DNA of 64,000 nucleotides from an uncultured virus (IMG/VR IMGVR_UViG_3300044645_000935) (Duplodnaviria > Heunggongvirae > Uroviricota > Caudoviricetes > Crassvirales): IMG/VR virus record IMGVR_UViG_3300044645_000935. One strand, 5' to 3'. The position numbers were made by a program, and so were the translations under genes. The notes below the pieces were generated by a model. The model had not been told where the DNA came from, searched no databases, and saw only the letters and a list, made by a program, of their open reading frames with translations. Positions 1-8,000 of this stretch are shown piece by piece (position 1 is the first letter of the stretch; every line of letters begins with the position of its first letter).

Positions 1-127
1 TATGGGAAAGTTAGGCGGATTAGCTACATTTAAACAGAAATACAAAGAGTACTAATATTTAAAACTTCAAAACAAAAACAAAAATGAAAAAGGACATTCC
101 AAATCTCCCTGCATCTTCCAAGTTGCA
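1..127 (+). repeat. Exact 127-bp repeat of 62685-62811 (divergent homology continues to ~890)
   Basis: Base-by-base identity 1-127 vs 62685-62811; first mismatch at 128 (g vs a). Confidence 0.95.
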
Positions 128-260
128 GCCACCATCAGGTGGAGGACCATCAATTAAAAATGCATTGAAAGCAAAGCCGTTGGCTATGTCAGGTGGTGTA
201 CCATCTAAAGGTGCTAAGTCTGTAGTAGGTAAAAGCAAACCTAAACTAGGTAAGAAATAA
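84..260 (+). CDS. Small basic protein, 58 aa (MKKDIPNLP...KLGKK)
   Basis: Read manually; second copy at 62768-62944 differs only by synonymous changes. Confidence 0.9.
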   Translation: MKKDIPNLPASSKLQPPSGGGPSIKNALKAKPLAMSGGVPSKGAKSVVGKSKPKLGKK

Positions 261-520
261 TGAAAGGTAAAATGACAGGTGGAGGACGTAAATCTACATT
301 AGGTCCTTCCAAAGATGGAAACGTCTATAGAAAGTTTAAAGGAAAAGAAGATGGTTCTTACTCTAAAGTAAAAGACATTTCTAAAGAAAAATTTGATAGA
401 ACTTCTAAAAGATATTCTAAGCAAAAAGGCTCAGAAGTACTTGGAACTTCTACTAGTAAGGCTCAGCAATTTGTAAGTGGTAAAAACCCACGTAAATCAG
501 TTTCTACAGTTAGAAAATAA
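260..520 (+). CDS. Small lysine-rich protein
   Basis: ORF coupled by TAATG overlap; Gly-rich N-terminus MKGKMTGGG. Confidence 0.8.
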   Translation: MKGKMTGGGRKSTLGPSKDGNVYRKFKGKEDGSYSKVKDISKEKFDRTSKRYSKQKGSEVLGTSTSKAQQFVSGKNPRKSVSTVRK

Positions 521-522
521 TC

Positions 523-726
523 ATGGCAGCAATGTATGGCGGTGGCTCAGGTAAAGCTTCTGATAGAAGAGAGGCTAGAGCTGCGAAGAAGATTGACAAG
601 TTAGATACTAAAATGGCAAAGAAAGCTTTAAAGTCATCTACGCCTATATCTGCTCTTGAAAAATCATTAGCTAAGTTTGAAAAGAAATCTCAAAAAATCA
701 CAGACCGTTACAATAAAAAGAAATAA
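523..726 (+). CDS. Lysine-rich protein, MAAMYGGG family
   Basis: Near-identical counterpart at 63222-63428; shared leader. Confidence 0.9.
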   Translation: MAAMYGGGSGKASDRREARAAKKIDKLDTKMAKKALKSSTPISALEKSLAKFEKKSQKITDRYNKKK

Positions 727-728
727 TC

Positions 729-995
729 ATGGCAGCAATGTATGGTGGCGGAGGCGGCAAGGCCGCTAGAGCCGAAAAGAAAGAAAATAAAAAAGTAGCA
801 AAGGAAGCAGCTAAAACTGTTAAGTCAGTTACTAAATCTATGGCTAAACCTGCAAAACAAAAACCAATTAGTTTAAAGGAAAGAGCAGATAAAATGGCTG
901 CAGCTAAAGGACTAGCTAAACTTGATGTTCTTGAAATTCCTTTGAAGCGTAGCGCTAGAAAAGAGATGTTTAGAAATCAAAGACAAGGAAAGTAA
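729..995 (+). CDS. Lysine-rich protein, MAAMYGGG family
   Basis: Shared leader; mosaic of 63431 and 63721 ORFs. Confidence 0.9.
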   Translation: MAAMYGGGGGKAARAEKKENKKVAKEAAKTVKSVTKSMAKPAKQKPISLKERADKMAAAKGLAKLDVLEIPLKRSARKEMFRNQRQGK

Positions 996-997
996 TC

Positions 998-1483
998 ATG
1001 GCACTAGGTAAAGGAATGGGTCCGGGCGGTAGAATCGCTAGGGCTGAAAAGAAAGTAGAGAAGGCTAAAGATAAGGTAAGTAAAGTTGCAGGTAAATTTA
1101 GCCCTGCATATAGCGATGACTATCCTACTTATCTGAAAAAGAAAGAAAATGCAGCTAAAGGTGCTGCTAAAATGGAGAAAGCAAAGGATAAAGTAGACAA
1201 AGCTAAAGGTAAGTTGACTACTGCTACACGTAAAGTAGCTGAGAAAGCAGAAGCAAAATATGACAAAGCAAAGGCTAAGAAGAGTGACGCTATGCGTGAG
1301 TCTATGATTAAATTTGCTGAAGATTCTTCTAAGTTTATGAAAGAAAAAGATAAAGCTCAAGTTAAAGCAGCAAAGAATTATCTTAAAAGTAAAGTTAAAG
1401 GTAATGATGATTTGTCAAAATTAGCTAAAACTTTTGGAAAGCAACCTTTCGGAAATGTTGATAAAAGTAAAACAAAGAAATAA
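998..1483 (+). CDS. Lys/Ala-rich (histone H1-like composition) protein
   Basis: EKAKDKV repeats; same taatcATGGCA junction. Confidence 0.85.
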   Translation: MALGKGMGPGGRIARAEKKVEKAKDKVSKVAGKFSPAYSDDYPTYLKKKENAAKGAAKMEKAKDKVDKAKGKLTTATRKVAEKAEAKYDKAKAKKSDAMRESMIKFAEDSSKFMKEKDKAQVKAAKNYLKSKVKGNDDLSKLAKTFGKQPFGNVDKSKTKK

Positions 1484-1485
1484 TC

Positions 1486-1635
1486 ATGTCAAAGAATAAA
1501 GAAGTAAAGTCAGGACTTGTTGAGGTTGAGAAATCTCACGAGTCTCCTGCTGCTCCAAAGGCAGCTCCTGTTATTGAGCAAGCTCCTGAGGTAGCACCAA
1601 CTCCCGGACATTCAACTAGAGCGTTTAGAGGATAA
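1486..1635 (+). CDS. Small hypothetical protein, 49 aa
   Basis: Read manually; fills gap, taatcATG junction. Confidence 0.65.
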   Translation: MSKNKEVKSGLVEVEKSHESPAAPKAAPVIEQAPEVAPTPGHSTRAFRG

Positions 1636-1640
1636 TCAAA

Positions 1641-1931
1641 ATGGCTGACAAGTCAAAGATGCCATGTAACCGTCCTGTTGCTTCGGACCGTCCGGGGAAG
1701 AAGAAGATGGTTAAAGCCTGTTCCAATGGGGAGGAGAAGCTCCTCCACTTTGGAGCAAAGGGCTATGGTCATAACTATAGTTCTGCTGCTCGTAAGAGTT
1801 TTAAAGCAAGGCATAGTTGTGACACAGCAACAGACAAGTTAACCCCAAGATATTGGGCTTGTAAGAATCTATGGGCCGGACCGGGTGGTTCAACCAAGTC
1901 ATCACCAAAAGGACGCAGAGGAAAATACTAA
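1641..1931 (+). CDS. Conserved basic phage protein (RKSFKARHxC...RYWAC type)
   Basis: Motif recognised from small basic phage proteins. Confidence 0.8.
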   Translation: MADKSKMPCNRPVASDRPGKKKMVKACSNGEEKLLHFGAKGYGHNYSSAARKSFKARHSCDTATDKLTPRYWACKNLWAGPGGSTKSSPKGRRGKY

Positions 1932-1932
1932 T

Positions 1933-2196
1933 ATGGCAACTCAGAAGTTTATGGGTAGAGGTCAGTTACTTGAACGGCTTACAGCCCAAGTAGGTGACAG
2001 GAAACTAGCTATAGGTATTTTACAAAAGCGTGGCCATCTGAAAGCTGATGGCAAGACATATACTCAGTCGGGTATGAAAAGGAATTCAATGACTGCTGAA
2101 GAAAGAGCTAAAGACAGGGCTTCAAAATCAACAGGTCGCTCAAAAGGTGATTTCAAGTACAACCCAAAAACAAATAGTGTTAGGTTAAAGAAATGA
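1933..2196 (+). CDS. Small basic hypothetical protein (start MATQKF)
   Basis: ATG 2 nt after previous stop preferred over 1885. Confidence 0.75.
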   Translation: MATQKFMGRGQLLERLTAQVGDRKLAIGILQKRGHLKADGKTYTQSGMKRNSMTAEERAKDRASKSTGRSKGDFKYNPKTNSVRLKK

Positions 2197-2486
2197 AAAA
2201 GGGTAACGGAAAAATTTCTGTAGATTCAACAAGAAGAAGTGCCAACAAGAATGGTAAGTTCACCTCCATTCATACGATAGACATAACTACCGATGACACT
2301 AAAATGATTTCTCAGAACAAAGTTAAAGGAGACAAAGGCAAGTATCGAAGTGCTTCATTGAAAAAGAATGAGGATGGGTCTGTGTCAGGAAACTTTGTTA
2401 AAGGAGAAAAGGGAAAGTATATTACAGGTAATAAAGCTGAAAGAAAGTTTTCTCGTATTTCAACTAGAATGAATAGAAAGAAATGA
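2193..2486 (+). CDS. Small basic hypothetical protein
   Basis: ATGA-coupled ORF. Confidence 0.7.
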   Translation: MKKGNGKISVDSTRRSANKNGKFTSIHTIDITTDDTKMISQNKVKGDKGKYRSASLKKNEDGSVSGNFVKGEKGKYITGNKAERKFSRISTRMNRKK

Positions 2487-2668
2487 GTAATTCTTGGAAG
2501 AGTAAAGGGCATTATTTAAAAGACGGTACTGAGTGGAAGGGTCATCAACACGCTAGTGGTAGTAAGATTATGACAGGTAAAACTCATACTGCTTCTAGTA
2601 AGAACCTTTATCATTTTATGGACTTGAGTGCTGAGGCTAAAAGAAAAGTATTATCTAAGAAAAAATGA
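2483..2668 (+). CDS. Small basic phage protein (MTGKTHTASSK type)
   Basis: ATGA-coupled ORF. Confidence 0.75.
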   Translation: MSNSWKSKGHYLKDGTEWKGHQHASGSKIMTGKTHTASSKNLYHFMDLSAEAKRKVLSKKK

Positions 2669-3000
2669 AAGACGCTTGTTACAAAAAAGTAAAGGCATCC
2701 TATGATGTGTTCCCCTCAGCTAGGGCATCACAGGCTATTGCAAAATGCCGAAAGGCATCCGGTAGTGTTAGGAAGTCAGAAGAAGGTACAAGCTTAAAGC
2801 GTTGGCAGAAAGAGAAGTGGCAAGATACTAAGACGGGTAAGGCTTGTGGTGCAGGAGGAAAGAACGAGTACTGCCGACCAACAACACGAGTGTCTTCAAA
2901 GACACCAAAGACTAAGAGTGAGATTAGCCCATCAAAGTTAGCTGCAAAAAAGGCTGAGAAGTCTAGAGTAGGCATGGGCAATAGAGTATCAAAAGTTTAA
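2665..3000 (+). CDS. Conserved basic phage protein (SLKRWxKEKW...YCRP type)
   Basis: Motif recognised; coupled ORF. Confidence 0.8.
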   Translation: MKDACYKKVKASYDVFPSARASQAIAKCRKASGSVRKSEEGTSLKRWQKEKWQDTKTGKACGAGGKNEYCRPTTRVSSKTPKTKSEISPSKLAAKKAEKSRVGMGNRVSKV

Positions 3001-3001
3001 T

Positions 3002-3009
3002 TATATTTG
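3002..3009 (+). promoter_or_regulatory. Bacteroidota -7 promoter element
   Basis: TATATTTG matches TAnnTTTG, intergenic just upstream of ATG 3019. Confidence 0.6.
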
Positions 3010-3018
3010 TATAAATCT

Positions 3019-3180
3019 ATGAAAAGCAAAGGACTAGGCGATACTATTGAGAAAGTCACAAAGGCTACAGGGATTAAGAAAGTCGTTGAAGCTGTTAGCG
3101 CAGCCACAGGAAAAGATTGTGGATGTAAAGCAAGAAGAGACGCATTAAATAGAGTGTTTCCATATTCAGAAAGCAAATAA
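3019..3180 (+). CDS. Small phage protein (MKSKGLGDTIEK...DCGC...LN type), 53 aa
   Basis: Read manually; recognised GLGDT/CGC motif. Confidence 0.8.
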   Translation: MKSKGLGDTIEKVTKATGIKKVVEAVSAATGKDCGCKARRDALNRVFPYSESK

Positions 3181-3185
3181 AAGAT

Positions 3186-3683
3186 ATGTCAGTTTTCAAA
3201 TCACAATTCTCACGAGCATTAAAAGTCCTAAAGAGTGACAATGCTAATGTTCCTTTTCCTGCTCCTGTAGTGTCAGGAACAAACACAAGCCTTGTGAATT
3301 TTCAGTTAGTAGACTCTAACGCAGATTTTATTAGTGCAGGTGTAAAAACAGGAGACATTGTTTATGGTAACACAGGCGGTAGTGCTGCAACTGTTGTTTC
3401 TGTAGATAGTGCAACAGTACTTGTTTTAAATACAACTATTTTTGGTTCAACAGGAGATTCTTATACTGTTTATCAGGCAAGTCCTCAAACTACTATTGGT
3501 AATCAAGGATGTAATCTTTACATTGGTAACAACGGTGGTGACCCCGTAAACGTAAAAGTTACCACTATTGGTGGTGATATTGTTACATTTTTCTTTGTTC
3601 CTGTAGGTACAGTTCTTCCTGTTCAAGTAATTAAGGTTTGGGAAACCGATACTACTGCTTCTCAAATTATAGCTCTTTGGTAA
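3186..3683 (+). CDS. Putative virion structural protein
   Basis: Beta-rich; C-terminal GTVLPVQVIKVWETDTTA motif; N-part resembles 20582 ORF insert. Confidence 0.65.
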   Translation: MSVFKSQFSRALKVLKSDNANVPFPAPVVSGTNTSLVNFQLVDSNADFISAGVKTGDIVYGNTGGSAATVVSVDSATVLVLNTTIFGSTGDSYTVYQASPQTTIGNQGCNLYIGNNGGDPVNVKVTTIGGDIVTFFFVPVGTVLPVQVIKVWETDTTASQIIALW

Positions 3684-3684
3684 G

Positions 3685-3822
3685 ATGGCAAAAGCTAAAA
3701 CTATGACCGTAAGTACCTTTGTTAAGAAACACAAGAGCAAAGGTGTAGCAGCTAAGAACAGCACTAGCTCTAGCAAGGGCAGTAAGCTATATAAGAAGCC
3801 ATATAGAGGACAGGGGAGATGA
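3685..3822 (+). CDS. Small basic protein ending KPYRGQGR, 45 aa
   Basis: Read manually; recognised C-terminal motif. Confidence 0.75.
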   Translation: MAKAKTMTVSTFVKKHKSKGVAAKNSTSSSKGSKLYKKPYRGQGR

Positions 3823-4250
3823 AATACATTCATTACATATTCGCCTCTATACTTCTTTTATTTGCTCCGATATACGGGCTATTGATAGCCGTAGCTGCAG
3901 CAATTACCCTTGATACACTTACGGGAATATTTAAGTCAATCAAACTAAATGGATTCAAAAGTATTCGTAGCAGAAAGCTTTCAAACGTGGTAAGCAAAAT
4001 GCTGCTTTATGAGATATGTGTTCTCTTTCTTTTTTTGATGGACAAGTATCTTTTGAATGAATTTGTGGTTAAGAGCTTTGGCATTGAGTTCATGTTCACC
4101 AAAATCTGTGCTATTGTTCTAATCTTCATTGAGCTAGTATCAATCAAAGAAAACGTAGAGGATTCGTTTAGCATTGAGATTTGGCCAATGATAAAGAAGT
4201 TGTTAAGCAGAGCGAAAGAATTTAAATCTGACATTGACGAAATAAAATGA
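3819..4250 (+). CDS. Holin (phage holin 4-like)
   Basis: Three hydrophobic segments, DTLTG and ELVSIKEN motifs. Confidence 0.8.
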   Translation: MKYIHYIFASILLLFAPIYGLLIAVAAAITLDTLTGIFKSIKLNGFKSIRSRKLSNVVSKMLLYEICVLFLFLMDKYLLNEFVVKSFGIEFMFTKICAIVLIFIELVSIKENVEDSFSIEIWPMIKKLLSRAKEFKSDIDEIK

Positions 4251-4780
4251 AGAATCGAAAGCAGCATTTAAAAGCTCTTGCGTTTCTTTTCCTAATCACT
4301 TTAGTCTACTCGTGTTCAAGTAAAAAGCTAACAGTATCTAAAGACGTTAGTAAAGAAAAAGTTGATAGCGCATACGTAGAGAAGAAGGACAGCACAGCGT
4401 TTGTTCAGAAAGGCGTGACTGTAACTGAAAAATTTTTTGAGATTCAGATTGAGCCTGTCGATGTCTCAAAGCCAATAATTGTTGATGGAGTTAAGTACGA
4501 GAATGCCTATTTAAAAATTAAGAAGGCAGATAAATCTATTGTAGATACTACAAAGACAGTTGTTTCTGAGGAAGTGGAGAAGGAAGTTCAGCTAGAGAAA
4601 GAAACAGAAGAAAAGAAATTTGATAAGGCATTAGTAAAGAAATCAAGTAATTATCTATATTTTTGGTTATTAGGTATTTTTCTCATCTTGTATTTAGCAT
4701 ACAAGCTTCGAAGGCTAATACCAAATCCATATTCAATTATTCGTTATATTTGTCAAACACTTAAAAATCAAATCAAATGA
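4247..4780 (+). CDS. Lipoprotein, probable unimolecular spanin
   Basis: Signal peptide with lipobox LVYSC, C-terminal TM helix, follows holin. Confidence 0.65.
   Translation: MKNRKQHLKALAFLFLITLVYSCSSKKLTVSKDVSKEKVDSAYVEKKDSTAFVQKGVTVTEKFFEIQIEPVDVSKPIIVDGVKYENAYLKIKKADKSIVDTTKTVVSEEVEKEVQLEKETEEKKFDKALVKKSSNYLYFWLLGIFLILYLAYKLRRLIPNPYSIIRYICQTLKNQIK
4745..4752 (+). promoter_or_regulatory. Bacteroidota -7 promoter element
   Basis: TATATTTG upstream of 4777 and the fibre gene. Confidence 0.55.
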
Positions 4781-5025
4781 GCAAGCAAGAAGAAACCATC
4801 AAATTAACAAGCGAAGAACTAGATTTCATCAAGAATGGAACAGCACAGTATAACGCTGTGAAATCTAAAATCGGAGACCTTGAAATTCAGAAAGCTAAAT
4901 TAATCAACGAGGCTGATGCAATTGTTAAAGCGTTCCTTATGAACGAGAAGATGTTGATTGAAAAATATGGCGAGAACGCTGTAATCAACATGGACTCCGG
5001 AGAGGTTACGCAAAAGCAAGACTGA
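4777..5025 (+). CDS. Small coiled-coil protein upstream of tail fibre
   Basis: ORF with A-rich leader. Confidence 0.75.
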   Translation: MSKQEETIKLTSEELDFIKNGTAQYNAVKSKIGDLEIQKAKLINEADAIVKAFLMNEKMLIEKYGENAVINMDSGEVTQKQD

Positions 5026-5048
5026 TGCCTCTTTAAATAAAGATACAA

Positions 5049-8000
5049 ATGCCAAAGATTAGTCAATTCACAACCGCAGCTGCGCCATCATTAAGTGACA
5101 AGCTAATTGGAACAAGCGTTAGTGGTAGCCCTACTAATCAAACAAACAACTTTACTCTTCAAGAGATTAAAGATTTGTTTGATGGTGGACCAACTCCTCC
5201 TTCTCCAACATTGCAGTCAGTATTGAATGCGGGTAATACTGCTATTCAAAACATCTACCTTACAGGTGAGCTTGAGGCTATTGACTTGACTATTGCTAAT
5301 GATGCATCCTCAAAGAATCTTTATTTAGCTGAGCGTTTTTTTGATAAAAACAATTCTGCAGGAACAAATGGGCAGTACTTAACTAGTACCGGTTCAGGAG
5401 TTCAGTGGTCAACCCTAACAATTCCAATCCCTACTTTACAGCAAGTACTTACCGCAGGTAATGTTAGTGATAAAGACATTACTACTACAGGAGACATCCA
5501 AGCTGATTCTATCCAAGGTACCAACATAACTGCTAACTCAAACCTAAGAGTAGTCGGCACACTAGCTGACTCTACAAACTCTGTTGGTGGTACAGGTCAA
5601 GTATTGTCTAGTACAGGAACAGGAACTGATTGGGTTGACCTTCCTGCTTATTCTGCTGTTTCTCCATTGATTTACAACAATGTATTGAAACAGTTTTCAA
5701 TTCAGCAGGCAACTAGTACTCAGAACGGGTATCTATCTTCTGCTGATTGGATTACTTTTGATGGAAAGCAGAATGCAGGCAACTACATTACTGCATTAAC
5801 GGGCGAAGCATCTGCTTCAGGACCCGGTTCTGTAAGCATTACATTGAATAACCTTGCTGTAATTAACAAGACCCTTACAGGATTTACTGCATTGAGTGGT
5901 TCAGTTACGGCTGCTGATAGTATTATTACTGCATTTGGTAAGCTACAGAATCAAATAAACTCAGCTACATCAGGATTATCTTATCAAGGTGTTTGGAATG
6001 CAGCTACCAATACTCCTGCACTTGCTAGTAGTATTGGCTTAAATGGTCAATACTATGTTGTAGATGTAGCAGGTAGTACCAACTTAAATGGAATTACTGA
6101 TTGGAAGGTTGGTGATTGGGCCATCTTTAATGGTAGCAGTTGGCAAAAAATTGACAACACAGATTCAGTTGTTTCAGTAAATGGTCAGATTGGAATTGTA
6201 GTTCTTAACAGTGATGACATTGCAGAGGGAACTACTAATCTTTATTATACTGATACAAGAGCTAGAAACTCTATTAGTTCACTAGCAACAGGATTGACTT
6301 ATACTGCGGGTACAGGTGTATTTAGTTTGACCACAGGATACTCTATCCCTACTATTGCTAATCAAACTGATTGGACCACAGCATACAATAACTCAATTGT
6401 AAGTGCTGCAGTTACAGGTACTACTACAAAGACATTAACTCTTACTCAGCAAGACGGTGGTACCATTACTGCCAATTGGACTGAGCCTGACTTAACAGGA
6501 TTTGTTCCTTATGTAGGGGCTACTCAAAATGTAACATTAGGATATAATTCGTTAAGTGGTGCTCATTTGCTTGTTAATGGACCTTCTGCTCCTCAAGGAG
6601 GATTCTTAGGATTTAAGCAAAGCACTAATGTAGTAACAGGTTCGGCAGGTTATACTTCAATGTATGCTGTTGGACAAACCTACCTTGGATTTGTATTTCC
6701 TCAGACTCCATCAGGATACAAGGAGTTTAGCTTTAATGCATCAGGGATTACAAATAATGTTCCGGGAGGAAGGATTTATAGTATGCCTGATGCTGATGGA
6801 ACATTAGCATTAACTAGTAATTTAACTTCGTATGTTCCTTATACAGGAGCTACATCAAATGTGAACTTGGGTGAGTATGGATTAACCACAGGTTTCTTAG
6901 GGTTTGACTTAACTCCTACAGCTACACCTACTACTGTAGGTACGATGTATTGGGATACTGCATATAGAACTGCATCATTAGTCGCAGGAGTAGGTACGAA
7001 TACACTTCAGATAGGACAAGAAGAGGTATTGTTGGTACACAACAATACAGGTTCTGCTTTAACTAATGGACAGGTTGTTTATGTTACAGGTTCAACAGGA
7101 GAATTGCCAAGTATATCTTTGGCTGATGCATCTTCAGAAAGTACCTCAGCTGCTACATTAGGTGTAGTTAGTGAATCAATTGCTAATGGTGCTGATGGAT
7201 TTGTTACTGTAAGTGGCATTGTTCATGGTATTAATACTCTTGCATACAATGAAGGAGATATTCTTTGGTTAAGCGAAACAGCAGGACAGTTTACAACTGT
7301 AAAACCTATTTCTCCTGCACACTTAGTTTTGATTGGATATGTGATTAAGAAGTCGGGAGGCAATGGTTCAATCTTAGTTAAGATTCAAAATACTCAAGAG
7401 TTAGAAGAGTCTTCAGATGTGTTGATTAGTGCTCCTAAACTTGATGGTCAGGGATTATTTTTACAGACTGTATCAGGAACTCAACTATGGAGAAACAGAA
7501 GCATTTCTGATGTGCTTGGATACACTCCTGCTAATGCGGCTACAGCAATTACATCACTTACAGGTGAGGCTACAGCTACAGGTCCCGGAGCATCAAGTGT
7601 AACATTATCAAACTCTGCTGTAACAGGGAAAGTATTGACAGGACTAAATGTAACAGGAAATGCAATTCTTGCTACTGATAGTGTATTGAGTGCATTTGGT
7701 AAACTTCAGAATCAAGTCAATCAACTTATTGGTGGCTTGCAGTATGAAGGCACTTGGAATGCTTCGACAAATACTCCTGCTATTACTTCAGGTGTTGGCA
7801 CTGACGGTACTTTCTATATTGTAAGTGTAGCGGGTAGCACAAATATTGACGGTATTACTGATTGGCAAGTAGGTGATTGGATTGTTTTTCATACTCCTAC
7901 TTGGCAAAAGGTTGACAATACTGACTCGGTAAATAGTGTATTTGGAAGAGTTGGTGTAGTTACTGCTGCTAGTGGTGATTATAACACTTCACAAGTAACT

